This document shows, in pieces, positions 37,602 through 48,061 of a stretch of 64,000 bases of DNA (its first letter is position 1; each line of letters starts with the position of its first letter). The position numbers and the translations under genes are program-made. The stretch is from contig JBDRIO010000032.1 of the NCBI GenBank assembly GCA_043815815.1, forward strand, positions 1,350 to 65,349. The letters run 5' to 3'. The notes beneath the pieces were generated by a model that saw nothing but the letters and a program-made list of their open reading frames with translations, made no database searches and was not told where the DNA came from. This DNA is from Candidatus Eiseniibacteriota bacterium. Lineage in GTDB: Bacteria > Joyebacterota > Joyebacteria > Joyebacterales > Joyebacteraceae.

Positions 37602-40145
37602 GTGCCGAAGAAGCGCATCTATCAGGTGGCCCAGGAGTTCAGGATATCCAGCGAAGCTCTGATGAGCGTCCTCGAGCGGCTTGGCTACGAGTGTACGAGC
37701 CACATGAACGTCATCGACGACGAGGCGTTCGAACTGGCGTGCGCGGAGCTTGAGAAGGAGAAGGAGGCCCTCAAGCGGGGCTCCGGCAAGAAGGGCAAGA
37801 AGGCTGCGGGGAGCGGGCGGAAGGCGTCGGCGGAGAAGGCGACGAAGGGGAAGGCGAAGACGAAGGCGACCGCCAGGGGGAAGCCCAAGGCAACGGCCAA
37901 GTCGATCGTCAAGACGAAGGGGATCTCCGGGGCGAAAGCCAAGACGTCCGCGAAGTCTGCGAAATCCAAGGCGAAGGCGGGAGCCGAGGCGAGCGCCGAG
38001 GTGGCCGAGAGGGCCAGCGCCGAGGCTGCCGAGAAGGCAGCCGCTCTGGCCGCCGAGAAGGCAGCCGCACTGGCCGCCGAGAAGGCGAAGGCCGCTGTGA
38101 AGGCGCAGGTCACGGCCAAGGCGAAGGCCGTGGTCAAGGCGAGGACCCCGAAGCCCGGAGTCAGGACCGCTTCGGCCGGTGCACAGACCGGCGCCGCGCC
38201 GGTCAGGACGGGGACCGAGTCGGCAGCCGCCAAGCGCAGACGGAAGAGGAAGCCCAGAGTCGACCAGAAGACCGTCGAAGAGACCGTCAGAAGGACGATG
38301 GCGGCGACCGAGGAGCGACGCCCCAGGCGAAAGCGCCGCAGGGAGAAGGGCGAGGCGGGCGAGGTCATCGAGGAGCAAAAGACGCAGCTCGCCGAGTTCT
38401 CGTCGGTCGGGGAGATAGCGGAGGCGTTCGACATTCCCGCGAACGACGTGATCAAGAAGTGTCTCGACATAGGCCTCATGGTGACGATCAACCAGCGACT
38501 CGACGAGGACACCGTCCTGCTTCTGGCGGACGCCTTCGGAGAGGAGGTCGAGTTCCTTCGGGAGTACGGTGAGGACATCCTGAGGGAGGAGATGGAGGAG
38601 GCCGAGGAGTCGGCCGAGTCACTTCCCCGTTCTCCTGTGGTCGTGGTCATGGGCCACGTGGACCACGGGAAGACGCTTCTGCTGGACTTCATCAGGAACT
38701 CGAACGTGATCGCCAGCGAGTCCGGCGGCATCACGCAGCACATCGGAGCGTACGAGATCGAGCACGAAGGTAAGAGCGTCACGTTCCTGGACACTCCCGG
38801 TCACGAGGCGTTCACCGCGATGCGCGCGCGCGGCGCGAAGATCACAGACATCGCTGTCCTGGTCGTGGCTGCCGACGACGGAGTCATGCCGCAGACGATG
38901 GAGGCGATCGACCACGCCAAGGCCGCCGGCATCCCGATCATCGTGGCGATGAACAAGATGGACCTTCCGACCGTGAATCCGGACAAGGTCAGGACGGAGC
39001 TGTCCAACCAGGGTCTCGTGGCGCAGGAGTGGGGAGGGGACACGATCGCGGTCGAGACGTCCGCGAAGACGGGCGAGGGGGTGTCGAAGCTCCTGGACGA
39101 GATACTCTTCCAGGCCGAACTCCTCGAGCTGACCGCGGTTCGTGAGGGACCAGCGCGCGGCGTCGTCATCGAGGTCGAGAAGGAACGAGGCCGGGGCGTG
39201 GTGGCGACGGTTCTGGTGCAGAACGGCCGATTCGCGGTAGGCGACCCCTTCGTCGCCGGTCTCGCGGACGGCAAGGTCCGGGCGCTGTTCGACGAGTGGA
39301 ATCGGCCCGTCGACGCGGCCGGGCCCTCGCAGCCGGTACAGGTGTCGGGCCTGAACGGCGTGCCGCAGGCCGGCGACGTCGTCGCCGTCGTCTCGGACGA
39401 CAGGCTTGCCCGTGACATCAGCGCGAAGCGCCAGCAGCAGCAGTGGGAGAGGACGACGAGGTTCCAGCACAGGATCACGCTCGAGGACCTCCACAAGAGG
39501 ATCGTCGAGGGCGAGGTCCGTGAGCTTCGTCTGGTGATAAAGGGCGACGTGGACGGCTCGGTCGGCGCGCTCGCGGACGCACTGGAGCGCCTGTCTACGG
39601 CCGAGGTGCGCGTGGAGGTCATCCACAAGGGCGTAGGCGGCGTGACGGAGACCGACGTTCTCCTGGCGGCCGCCTCGGACGCGGTCATCGTCGGGTTCCA
39701 CATCTCGACCGCCCCGAGAGTGAGAGACCTGGCGCGCCGCGAGCACGTGGAGATCCGTCTCTACAAGGTCATCTACGAGGCCGTCGAGGACATACGCGCC
39801 GCGATGGAGGGCCTGCTCGAGCCCGAGCGCCGGGAGGTGGTGGTCGGGACGGCGGAGGTGCGGGAGACGTTCAAGGTCCCCGGACGCGGCGTCATCGGAG
39901 GCTGCTACGTTCTCTCGGGGTCCATCAAGCGCGGAGCGAAGGCTCGGGTCATACGAAGCGAGATGGTGCATTTCGAGGGCACCATCGACTCGCTCAAGCG
40001 GTTCAAGGACGACGTCCGGGAGGTCCAGACCGGCTTCGAGTGCGGCATCGGTCTCCACGGACTCGAGGACATCCAGGGGGGCGACCTCATCGAGGTCTAC
40101 GACATCGAGGAGATCGCGCGGAAGCTGGGCGACCCCTCGGTCTAG
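37602..40145 (+). CDS. infB: translation initiation factor IF-2
   Basis: GTG start. MPKKRIYQVAQEFRISSEALMSVL (IF2 N domain), a Lys/Ala-rich linker, and the G domain VVVMGHVDHGKTLLLD...DTPGHEAF...NKMD. Confidence 0.97.
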   Translation: MPKKRIYQVAQEFRISSEALMSVLERLGYECTSHMNVIDDEAFELACAELEKEKEALKRGSGKKGKKAAGSGRKASAEKATKGKAKTKATARGKPKATAKSIVKTKGISGAKAKTSAKSAKSKAKAGAEASAEVAERASAEAAEKAAALAAEKAAALAAEKAKAAVKAQVTAKAKAVVKARTPKPGVRTASAGAQTGAAPVRTGTESAAAKRRRKRKPRVDQKTVEETVRRTMAATEERRPRRKRRREKGEAGEVIEEQKTQLAEFSSVGEIAEAFDIPANDVIKKCLDIGLMVTINQRLDEDTVLLLADAFGEEVEFLREYGEDILREEMEEAEESAESLPRSPVVVVMGHVDHGKTLLLDFIRNSNVIASESGGITQHIGAYEIEHEGKSVTFLDTPGHEAFTAMRARGAKITDIAVLVVAADDGVMPQTMEAIDHAKAAGIPIIVAMNKMDLPTVNPDKVRTELSNQGLVAQEWGGDTIAVETSAKTGEGVSKLLDEILFQAELLELTAVREGPARGVVIEVEKERGRGVVATVLVQNGRFAVGDPFVAGLADGKVRALFDEWNRPVDAAGPSQPVQVSGLNGVPQAGDVVAVVSDDRLARDISAKRQQQQWERTTRFQHRITLEDLHKRIVEGEVRELRLVIKGDVDGSVGALADALERLSTAEVRVEVIHKGVGGVTETDVLLAAASDAVIVGFHISTAPRVRDLARREHVEIRLYKVIYEAVEDIRAAMEGLLEPERREVVVGTAEVRETFKVPGRGVIGGCYVLSGSIKRGAKARVIRSEMVHFEGTIDSLKRFKDDVREVQTGFECGIGLHGLEDIQGGDLIEVYDIEEIARKLGDPSV

Positions 40146-40163
40146 AGCGCGGAGGGTCGCGCG

Positions 40164-40445
40164 GTGGTTGTCGGGACTCTAGAGATACGGCTCTTCATCC
40201 GCGGCAGCAGGTCACTGAAGGACAGGCGCCGCGTGGTCAGGAGTCTCAAGGACCGCATAGCGTCGAGGTTCAACGTCTCGGTCGCCGAGGTCGGCGATTC
40301 CGATTCGTGGCAGCGAAGCACACTTGGAGTGGCGGTCGTGGCTAACGACCGCCGCTTCGTCAATGAGGTCCTGTCGAAGGTGCTGAATCTCGTGGCGTCC
40401 AATCCGGACGTCGAGATCGTGGACCAGCACATGGAGCTCGACTGA
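40164..40445 (+). CDS. DUF503 family protein (YlxP-like)
   Basis: VVGTLEIRLFIRGSRSLKDRRRVVRSLKDRIASRFNVSVAEVGDSDSWQRSTLGVAVV. Typical DUF503, in its usual infB-rbfA position. Confidence 0.8.
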   Translation: MVVGTLEIRLFIRGSRSLKDRRRVVRSLKDRIASRFNVSVAEVGDSDSWQRSTLGVAVVANDRRFVNEVLSKVLNLVASNPDVEIVDQHMELD

Positions 40446-40506
40446 AGCCCCGGGAGAACGTCCTCCCGCGGGCCTTCGGGTCGCGCAAGACGCCGAGGTC
40501 GAAGCA

Positions 40507-40953
40507 GTGGCGAGCAAGAAGAACCTGAGGGTGGCAGCGTCTCTCCAGAGGGAACTGGGTTTCATCCTCGACCGGAAGCTCGAGGATCCGAAGCTCGGCA
40601 TGATCACGATCACGCGCACCGAGCTGTCTGACGACCTGCGATACGCGAAGGTCTACGTGAGCTTCCTCGGGGGGTGCGAGGCGTCCGAGAGCCTGAAGAG
40701 GCTCAGACACGCGCGGCGCTTCCTTCGGGGAGAGCTCGCATCGTGTCTCGACCTGAGGGTCGTGCCCGACCTCACGTTCCTTCTGGACGACTCCTCCGAG
40801 AACTACATCCGCATCGCGAAGGTGCTCAAGGAGATCGAGCGGGACCAGGGCGGCGAGGCGGACCCTGAGGGGGCCGGCATCGAGCCCCGGGACGCGGGGT
40901 CGGCCGGCATCGAAGAAGAGGAGAGCGATGAGGGAGCTCGAGAAGACGCTTAG
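40507..40953 (+). CDS. rbfA: ribosome-binding factor A
   Basis: RVAASLQRELGFILDRKLEDPKLGMITITRTELSDDLRYAKVYVSFLG...LRVVPDLTFLLDDS. GTG start. Confidence 0.9.
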   Translation: MASKKNLRVAASLQRELGFILDRKLEDPKLGMITITRTELSDDLRYAKVYVSFLGGCEASESLKRLRHARRFLRGELASCLDLRVVPDLTFLLDDSSENYIRIAKVLKEIERDQGGEADPEGAGIEPRDAGSAGIEEEESDEGAREDA

Positions 40954-41893
40954 AGCCCTCGAGGAGGACGCTCCGGTTCTCATCGCGTCACACGTGAATC
41001 CCGACGGCGACTCCGTCGGGTCGTCGCTCGGTCTGGCGACCTGGCTCAGGGGGAGAGGACGCGACGCGTCCGCCGTGTTCGCAGGCGGTCTGACCGCCGA
41101 GTACGGTTTCCTGCCGAAGACGGCGGCCGTCCTGCCGTCGTTCCCCGAAGACACCACGGGCATGACCGCCGTCATCGTCGACACGCCCGATCCCTCGCGG
41201 ACGGGCGCGCCCGCGGGCCTGTTCGACGGCGCGCGCTCTCTGGTCAACATAGACCACCATCCGAGCAACACGATGTTCGGGGACGTGGCGCTCGTCGACG
41301 TCGACGCGTCCTCGACCTCCCTCATCGTCCACGAGCTCATCGAGGCGTCCGGGCACGCGGCGGGAGGCGACGTGGCGACGTTCCTCTACGTCGGCGTTCT
41401 GACGGACACCGGCGGATTCCGCTTCGGGAACACGGACGCGCGGACGTTCGACGGGGCGGCCGCGCTCGTGCGCGCCGGAGCAGACGCCGCGGAGGCCGCG
41501 AGGCACGTCTACGGAGAGCAGCCGGTAGGCAGCCTGAGGCTTCTGGGAATGGTCCTCTCCTCAGCGGAGAGCGAACTCGGCGGCCGGGTCGCCGTCATGA
41601 CGCTCACAGACGAGATGAGAGAGAGGTCGGGGGCAGCCGGCGACGAGATCGAAGGGCTCGCCTCGTACGGCCATCTTCTGGAGGGCGTCGAGGTCTCGCT
41701 TCTGCTTCGCGAGCAGGACGGCAAGGTCCGCGTGAGCTTCCGTTCGAGCGGGCGCGCCGACGTGAACGCGATCGCGGGCCGAGTGGGAGGCGGAGGACAC
41801 AAGGCCGCCGCCGGAGCTCTCATGGAGGGTCCTCTAGAGGGAGCCCGAGCGAGACTCATCGAGATCGTCGCCGAGGCTCTGGAGCGGGAGTAG
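40928..41893 (+). CDS. nrnA: DHH-family phosphoesterase, NrnA-like (oligoribonuclease/pAp phosphatase)
   Basis: IASHVNPDGDSVGSSLGL (DHH motif I), IVDTPD, NIDHHPSN (DHH), and the DHHA1 motif GGGHKAAAG. Confidence 0.75.
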   Translation: MRELEKTLRALEEDAPVLIASHVNPDGDSVGSSLGLATWLRGRGRDASAVFAGGLTAEYGFLPKTAAVLPSFPEDTTGMTAVIVDTPDPSRTGAPAGLFDGARSLVNIDHHPSNTMFGDVALVDVDASSTSLIVHELIEASGHAAGGDVATFLYVGVLTDTGGFRFGNTDARTFDGAAALVRAGADAAEAARHVYGEQPVGSLRLLGMVLSSAESELGGRVAVMTLTDEMRERSGAAGDEIEGLASYGHLLEGVEVSLLLREQDGKVRVSFRSSGRADVNAIAGRVGGGGHKAAAGALMEGPLEGARARLIEIVAEALERE

Positions 41894-41895
41894 CG

Positions 41896-42801
41896 GTGGA
41901 CCTGGTCCTGGTCGTGGACAAGCCCTCCGGACTGACGTCGCACGACGTCGTGGGGAGGCTCAGGCGCTCGACCGGCGTTCGGCGCATCGGTCACGCCGGC
42001 ACGCTCGACCCGGGAGCGACGGGCGTCCTCGTGGTTCTCGTGGGGAAGGCCACGCGGCTCTCGGCGTTCCTCATGGAGACGCAGAAGGCGTACCGCGGGC
42101 GCATCGTCCTCGGCGTGACGACCGACACGCAGGACGCCGACGGACGGGTCACGGCGACGCGCCCGGTCGGCGACCTCGACGAGGGGACGATCCGCGCCGC
42201 CCTCGCGGAGTTCACAGGGGACCTCGAGCAGGTCCCACCGATGACGTCCGCGATCAAGAGAGACGGGACGCCGCTCTACGAGCTCGCGAGGAAGGGCATC
42301 GTGGTAGAGCGCGACCCGCGGCCGGTCACGGTAGAGAGCTTCGACCTTCTGAGCTACGAGCCTCCGGAGATAGCGTTCGAGATGACGTGTTCGAAGGGGA
42401 CCTACGTGCGCACGCTGGCGGCGGACGTAGGCGAGCGCCTCGGGCCCGGAGCGCACCTCGGGAGACTCGAACGGACGCGGGTGGGGCGGTTCTCGATCGA
42501 GGACGCCGCGCCGCTCAGCGAGCTCGAGGCCCTCGGGCGCGGGGTCCACGAGGCGGGCTACTCCATGTTCGATGCCCTGTCCTCCTGGAGGGCGGTCCTC
42601 CTGGACGAGAGGCTTGCCGAGACGGTGATGTTCGGGGGAGCGGTGCGGATCGGGGCGCCGGAACTCGCCGGAGTGGCGGAGGGCGACCACGTAAGGCTGA
42701 CGCGGGACGGGACGTCTCTCCTGGCGGTCGGCCTGGTGGGGTGCAGGGACACGGTCGGGAGCGCGGAGGTCAGACCCGTGCGCGTCTTCGAGGCGCTCTA
42801 G
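41896..42801 (+). CDS. truB: tRNA pseudouridine(55) synthase
   Basis: LVVDKPSGLTSHDVV...IGHAGTLDPGATGVLVVLVGKATRL...QVPPMTSAIK. GTG start. Confidence 0.93.
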   Translation: MDLVLVVDKPSGLTSHDVVGRLRRSTGVRRIGHAGTLDPGATGVLVVLVGKATRLSAFLMETQKAYRGRIVLGVTTDTQDADGRVTATRPVGDLDEGTIRAALAEFTGDLEQVPPMTSAIKRDGTPLYELARKGIVVERDPRPVTVESFDLLSYEPPEIAFEMTCSKGTYVRTLAADVGERLGPGAHLGRLERTRVGRFSIEDAAPLSELEALGRGVHEAGYSMFDALSSWRAVLLDERLAETVMFGGAVRIGAPELAGVAEGDHVRLTRDGTSLLAVGLVGCRDTVGSAEVRPVRVFEAL

Positions 42802-42845
42802 TCAACGGGCGCGGCGATGACATCGTGGAGCCAGGTGACGCAGAC

Positions 42846-43778
42846 ATGAGAACAGTGCACTCACCGGAGGAGAGCGGCGTGCGGAAGCCCGACGGCTTCT
42901 TCGTGTCGCTCGGCAACTTCGACGGCTTCCATCTGGGCCACCAGGCGGTGATCGCGGAGCTCCTGACCGCCGGGCAGGCGGCAAGCGGCGCGGCCGTCGC
43001 CGTCACCTTCGAGCCGCACCCGGGAGAGGTCGTGGGGACCGGCGGCTCGCCGGGGCTCCTGACGCCGGGCGCGGAGAAGTCCGACCTGCTGGCGGAGACG
43101 GGGCTCGCGGAGCTCCTGATCGTCGGCTTCACGCACGAGATGTCGGGGCTGGACGCGCGGGAGTTCCTTTCGTGGATCGGCGTGGGGCGGGGCTCTCACA
43201 TGGTGCTCGGCTACGACTTCCACATGGGCCGCGGGAGGGCGGGCGATCTCGAGCGCCTCTCGCTGCTCGGCCGGGAGATCGGTTTCGGTCTCGACGTCGT
43301 GCCTCCCGTCCTGTGGAGCGGAAGCGCCGTGTCGAGCACGAGGATACGGGAGTGCGTCGCGGCGGCGAAGATGCGCGACGTCGCCGGGATGCTGGGGCGC
43401 CCCTACGGCCTTCGGGGCACGGTCGTGAGGGGGGACGGTGTGGGCCGCTCGATCGGGAGCCCCACGGCGAACCTCGAACTTCCGGCTCGGAAGCTGCTGC
43501 CGGGGGACGGGGTCTACCTGATCTCCGCAGCGAGCATGGAAGGGTGGCCGGGACTGCTCTACGTCGGCTCCCGCCCGAGCCTGGGCGGTGGAGAACGGCG
43601 CGCGGAGGTTCACCTCCTGGACCACGAGGGGGACCTGTACGGGAGGTCGCTTGAGATCGACGTCCTGGACTTCATGCGGGAAGACCGGGCGTTCGCGACG
43701 CCCTCGGACCTCGGCAAGCAGATCAAGGAGGACGTCGCCCTGGCTCGCAGGCTCGCCGGCGGGGGACGGCCGAACTGA
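42846..43778 (+). CDS. ribF: bifunctional riboflavin kinase / FAD synthetase
   Basis: FVSLGNFDGFHLGHQAVI...VTFEPHP...GTVVRGDGVGRSIGSPTANL...EVHLLDHEGDLYGRSLEIDVLDFMREDRAF. Confidence 0.9.
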   Translation: MRTVHSPEESGVRKPDGFFVSLGNFDGFHLGHQAVIAELLTAGQAASGAAVAVTFEPHPGEVVGTGGSPGLLTPGAEKSDLLAETGLAELLIVGFTHEMSGLDAREFLSWIGVGRGSHMVLGYDFHMGRGRAGDLERLSLLGREIGFGLDVVPPVLWSGSAVSSTRIRECVAAAKMRDVAGMLGRPYGLRGTVVRGDGVGRSIGSPTANLELPARKLLPGDGVYLISAASMEGWPGLLYVGSRPSLGGGERRAEVHLLDHEGDLYGRSLEIDVLDFMREDRAFATPSDLGKQIKEDVALARRLAGGGRPN

Positions 43779-43795
43779 CCCCTCGCTTTTTCTCT

Positions 43796-43824
43796 TTGAC
43801 ACGCCAGGGCCCTTGTGTTAGTTT
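43796..43824 (+). promoter_or_regulatory. candidate sigma-70 promoter for rpsO
   Basis: TTGACA (43796-43801), 17-nt spacer, TAGTTT (43819-43824). Confidence 0.35.
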
Positions 43825-43876
43825 CTCATAGTTGTGCCGTATACGTATCAGCGCGCAAGCACGGAGGAACCACTTA

Positions 43877-44146
43877 GTGTCGCTCACGAAAGAGAAGAAG
43901 AGGGAGATCGTCAAGCGTTTCGAGACCCACTCCGGTGACACGGGGTCGGCCGAAGTTCAGATCGCGCTCCTGACCGAGAGGATCGAGACGCTCTCCTCGC
44001 ACTTCGACATGCACCGGAAGGACAACCACTCGAGGCTCGGCCTACTCAAGATGGTGGGGAAGAGGCGTCGCCTTCTGAACTACCTGAAGGAGCACAAGGC
44101 TCCGAGCTACAAGCTGGTCATCAAGGAACTCGGACTGCGTCGCTAG
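43877..44146 (+). CDS. rpsO: 30S ribosomal protein S15 (uS15)
   Basis: GTG start 9 nt after GGAGG. SLTKEKKREIVKRFETHSGDTGSAEVQIALLTERIETLSSHFDMHRKDNHSRLGLLKMVGKRRRLLNYL. Confidence 0.95.
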   Translation: MSLTKEKKREIVKRFETHSGDTGSAEVQIALLTERIETLSSHFDMHRKDNHSRLGLLKMVGKRRRLLNYLKEHKAPSYKLVIKELGLRR

Positions 44147-44185
44147 TGACTTCACTGGCGTCTCTCGAGTTCCACGTTTCTGCTG

Positions 44186-44217
44186 GCCCTCCCGCGAGCA
44201 CGACGGGAGGGCTTTGT
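44186..44217 (+). terminator. rpsO-pnp intergenic hairpin (terminator/attenuator)
   Basis: GCCCTCCCG (44186-44194) pairs with CGGGAGGGC (44204-44212), followed by TTTGT. Confidence 0.55.
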
Positions 44218-44246
44218 CTAAGCAGCACAAGAGGACGGAGGAAGAG

Positions 44247-46478
44247 ATGCATCGAGTAGTACAGATGGATTGGGCTGGACGTCAGCTGACGATAGAGACC
44301 GGGCGGCTCGCGAAGCAGGCGGCCGGTTCGGCGCTCGTCAGATACGGCGACACGATGATACTCGTGGCGGTGACCTACACGAAGAAGCCTGTCGACCGCG
44401 ACTGGCTGCCTCTCTTCGTGGACTACCGCGAGAAGTTCTACGCCGCCGGCAAGATTCCCGGCGGTTTCTTCAAGCGCGAGGGGCGTCCTCAGACGAAGGA
44501 GATCCTGAGCGCCCGCCTCATCGACAGACCGGTCCGCGCGCTCCTGCCGAGCCACATGCGGAACGAGGTCCAGATACAGGTGATCGTGTTGTCCGCCGAC
44601 GGCGAGAACGACTCGGACACCCTTTCCGTGATCGGCGCGAGCGCGGCCATGGCCATGTCGCCCGTTCCGTTCGACGGACCGATCGCGGCCGTCCGCATGG
44701 GACTCATCGACGGCGAGTTCGTGACGAACCCGACCTTCGAGCAGCTCGAGGAGAGCAAGCTCAGTCTCGTGGTTTCGGGCACCGAAGACGCGGTCGTGAT
44801 GGTCGAGGGCGGGGCGCTGGAGGTCGCTGAAGAGGACATGCAGCGGGGCCTCGACCTGGCGCACGCCGAGATCAGAAAGGTCATCGCTCTTCAGAAGGAG
44901 CTTCTGTCGAGCCTCGACCTCCCCGAGAAGATGCAGGTCCCGGACAAGGAGTATCCGGAAGGTCTCGAGTCGCGAGTCGAGCAGGCCTGCGCCTCGAGGA
45001 TCCGCGACGCCGTCAGGATCCGCGAGAAGCAGGTCCGCGGCGAGACGCTGGACGCCATCAAGGAGAGCGCGCGGTCGGAGCTGGCGGGGGACTACCCCGA
45101 CAGCGCCGTGGACGTAGGCGAGCTCCTCGGAGGCCTGGAGAAGCGCGAGATGCGCTCGATGGTCCTCGACGAAGGCGTGCGGGCCGACGGCAGGGATCCC
45201 GATACCGTCAGGCCGATCTCGGTGCAGACGTCGGTCCTCCCGAGGACGCACGGCTCGGCCGTGTTCACGCGCGGCGAGACGCAGGCGCTCGCGGTGGCGA
45301 CGCTCGGGTCCACGAGGGACGAGCAGAAGATCGACGCCCTCGAAGGGGAGACGTGGAAGAGCTACATGCTGCACTACAACTTCCCGCCCTTCTCGGTCGG
45401 CGAAGTGAGGCCCATCAGGGGGCCGGGCAGGCGTGAGATCGGGCACGGAGCGTTGGCCGAGCGCGCGATAGAGCCGGTCATTCCTTCCGACGAGGTCTTC
45501 CCGTACACGATAAGACTCGTCTCCGACGTTCTCGAGTCGAACGGCTCGTCGAGCATGGCGACCGTCTGCGCGGGCTCGCTGGCGCTCATGGACGCGGGCG
45601 CGCCCTTGAAGACCGCGGTGGCGGGTGTGGCGATGGGACTCATCAAGGAAGGCGACCGGTACACGGTCCTGACCGACATTCTGGGCGTCGAGGACCACCT
45701 CGGCGACATGGACTTCAAGGTGGCGGGGACGCGCGAGGGCATCACCGCGTTCCAGCTCGACTCCAAGATCGGCGCCATTCCGGCCGAGCTTCTGAGGGAA
45801 GCGCTCGCCAAGGCGAAGACGGCGCGCCTTCACATACTCGACGAGATGGCAAAGGAGCTTCCGACGCACAGGCCTGACCTCTCGGAGTACGCTCCGAGGA
45901 TCGTGATGATCCAGATCCCGGTCAACAAGATCGGCGAGATCATCGGCCCAGGCGGCCGCGTCATCAGAAAGCTCCAGGAAGAGACAGAGACGAAGATCGA
46001 CATCAACGACGAGGGAGTCGTGAAGGTGTCGGGCGACAAGCAGGAAGGCGTCGAGAGCGCCCGCATGACGATCGAACTCATGACCAAGGACCCGCAGATC
46101 GGGGAGATCTACGAGGGGACCGTGCGGAGCACGACCGACTTCGGCGCGTTCGTCGAGTTCCTTCCCGGCAGAGATGGTCTGGTGCACATCTCCGAACTCG
46201 AGCACCATCGAGTCGGCAAGGTCGAGGACGTCTGCAAGGTCGGCGACCCGTGCACGGTCAAGGTCATAGGCATAGACGACAACGGCAAGGTGCGTCTCTC
46301 GAGACGCGCGCTCCTTCCGAAGCCCGAGGGCGGATCGAGCGACGAGAGTCGTGGCGGTGGTGACCGCGGCGGCGACCGCGGTCGCAGACCGGAGCGCAAG
46401 AGCGGCGACGGCAGGCCGCGGCGCAGGAGCGGCGGCGGGAGCGGCAGCGGGAGCGGGAACGGCAGGCCGCGTTCCTGA
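44247..46478 (+). CDS. pnp: polyribonucleotide nucleotidyltransferase (PNPase) with Arg/Gly-rich C-terminal tail
   Basis: ATG after [35 protein letters not shown]..., two RNase PH domains, KH ([14 protein letters not shown]) and S1 ([20 protein letters not shown]), then a [16 protein letters not shown]... tail. Confidence 0.96.
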   Translation: MHRVVQMDWAGRQLTIETGRLAKQAAGSALVRYGDTMILVAVTYTKKPVDRDWLPLFVDYREKFYAAGKIPGGFFKREGRPQTKEILSARLIDRPVRALLPSHMRNEVQIQVIVLSADGENDSDTLSVIGASAAMAMSPVPFDGPIAAVRMGLIDGEFVTNPTFEQLEESKLSLVVSGTEDAVVMVEGGALEVAEEDMQRGLDLAHAEIRKVIALQKELLSSLDLPEKMQVPDKEYPEGLESRVEQACASRIRDAVRIREKQVRGETLDAIKESARSELAGDYPDSAVDVGELLGGLEKREMRSMVLDEGVRADGRDPDTVRPISVQTSVLPRTHGSAVFTRGETQALAVATLGSTRDEQKIDALEGETWKSYMLHYNFPPFSVGEVRPIRGPGRREIGHGALAERAIEPVIPSDEVFPYTIRLVSDVLESNGSSSMATVCAGSLALMDAGAPLKTAVAGVAMGLIKEGDRYTVLTDILGVEDHLGDMDFKVAGTREGITAFQLDSKIGAIPAELLREALAKAKTARLHILDEMAKELPTHRPDLSEYAPRIVMIQIPVNKIGEIIGPGGRVIRKLQEETETKIDINDEGVVKVSGDKQEGVESARMTIELMTKDPQIGEIYEGTVRSTTDFGAFVEFLPGRDGLVHISELEHHRVGKVEDVCKVGDPCTVKVIGIDDNGKVRLSRRALLPKPEGGSSDESRGGGDRGGDRGRRPERKSGDGRPRRRSGGGSGSGSGNGRPRS

Positions 46479-46500
46479 TCCCGTTCTCTTCGAGGACCAA

Positions 46501-46980
46501 ATGCTGGAAACGGGTGACGCGAAGCGCGCTCGACCCGAGGCCGTGCGCGTTGCGGTGAGGAAGCTCCCCTCTCTTGGAGAGCTTCCTCTTCCCGCCTACA
46601 TGAGCGACGGTGCCTCCGGCCTCGACCTTCGGGCGGCGATAGACGAGCCGCTGGAACTCGAACCGGGACACTTCAAGCTCGTTCCGACAGGCATAGCCGT
46701 CGCCATACCTCCCGGCTACGAAGGCCAGGTGCGGCCCAGGAGCGGGCTCGCGCTCAAGCACGGCGTGCTCGTCCTGAACACACCGGGCACGATCGACTCG
46801 GACTACCGCGGAGAGATCGGCGTCATCCTGGCGAACCTGGGTCCCAACGGTTTCCGAGTCGAGCGAGGCGACCGGGTGGCTCAGCTCGTCCTGGCCCGCG
46901 TCGCCCGCGTCGAGTGGTCCGAGGAGGAGAGCCTCGAGAGCACGGCCCGGGAGGGTGGGGGCTTCGGTCACACCGGCTAG
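46501..46980 (+). CDS. dut: dUTP diphosphatase
   Basis: [12 protein letters not shown]...[12 protein letters not shown]...[15 protein letters not shown]...GDRVAQLV...[10 protein letters not shown]. Confidence 0.92.
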   Translation: MLETGDAKRARPEAVRVAVRKLPSLGELPLPAYMSDGASGLDLRAAIDEPLELEPGHFKLVPTGIAVAIPPGYEGQVRPRSGLALKHGVLVLNTPGTIDSDYRGEIGVILANLGPNGFRVERGDRVAQLVLARVARVEWSEEESLESTAREGGGFGHTG

Positions 46981-47059
46981 CCGCCCGGTCCTGACTTCGG
47001 ACAGGGGCCTCGGTCTCGCAGGTTGGCCGCCCGGTCCGGCCGTCGGGCAGGGGAGGGCC

Positions 47060-48019
47060 ATGAGATCTTCGTCCGGGCAAGCGCGTTCCCGTCTCCGCCC
47101 GCTGGACTACGTCTTCCTCGCAAGACCACCGTCGCTCGTACCGCTCTGGGTCTTCCAGTTCGCCGGCGCCTGGGCTGCGGCCCGCGCTCACGGCACTCCG
47201 TTCCCTCCGTTCGGCGCCCCGCCGGCGGTCCTGCTCGGCGCACTCTCGATGACACTGCTCCTCTCCGGCTGCTTCGTTCTGAACCAGATCTTCGACGTAG
47301 AGTCAGACAGGGCCAATCGGAAGCTCTTCTACCTGGCGGACGGACTCATATCCATGAGGGCGGCCTGGCTCGAGCTGGGTGTCCTCTGGGCGGCGGCGGC
47401 GGCCACGGCGCTCTTTCTGCCTGCGTCCTTCCGGTGGGTTCTCGTCGTCTCCTTCATCCTGTCGGTGACCTACTCGGCTCCGCCCGTCCGTGCCAAGGCC
47501 CGGACGCCACTCGACCTTCTGTGGAACGGGCTGGGCTTCGGGCTAGCGGGCTACGCCGCCGGCTGGACCTCCGCCTCGGCGCTCGCTCCGGGATGGTGGT
47601 GGGCCGGCGTCTCGTACGGTCTCTCGGTCGCCGGCGTCATCGCTTCGACGACGATACCGGACATCCAGGGCGACATGGCGGCCGGCCTCCGAACGACAGG
47701 GGCGGTCCTGGGCGCGAGACGCACGAGCGCGCTGACGATGGCCCTTCTGCTCGCCGGCGCGGCCGTCGGGTGGCTCTCGCGCGATGTGCTCGGGCTCTTC
47801 GGTCCGCTGCTCGCGCTTCCGCTCATGATCCGGGCGCACCGATCTCTCACGAGGCCCGACCGCGTCATGGCGGACCAGGTGGCCGTGGCGGTCTTCGCGG
47901 TCATCGCAGGCGTGAGGGTCCCGCTCCTTCTGCTCCTCCTGGGCGCGGTCTACTTCGGTACCCGGGCGTACTACCGCGCGCGATTCGGCATGGCCTTCCC
48001 GGGACGCGGAACACCGTAG
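47060..48019 (+). CDS. UbiA-family polyprenyltransferase (substrate unknown)
   Basis: Polytopic membrane protein with NQIFDVESDRANRK (NxxxDxxxD, the first Asp-rich motif). Start taken at the internal ATG 47060. Confidence 0.7.
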   Translation: MRSSSGQARSRLRPLDYVFLARPPSLVPLWVFQFAGAWAAARAHGTPFPPFGAPPAVLLGALSMTLLLSGCFVLNQIFDVESDRANRKLFYLADGLISMRAAWLELGVLWAAAAATALFLPASFRWVLVVSFILSVTYSAPPVRAKARTPLDLLWNGLGFGLAGYAAGWTSASALAPGWWWAGVSYGLSVAGVIASTTIPDIQGDMAAGLRTTGAVLGARRTSALTMALLLAGAAVGWLSRDVLGLFGPLLALPLMIRAHRSLTRPDRVMADQVAVAVFAVIAGVRVPLLLLLLGAVYFGTRAYYRARFGMAFPGRGTP

Positions 48020-48061
48020 ACGCGGGCCCCTGCCGCGGTCTCCCGGGGCTTTTCCGTTGAC

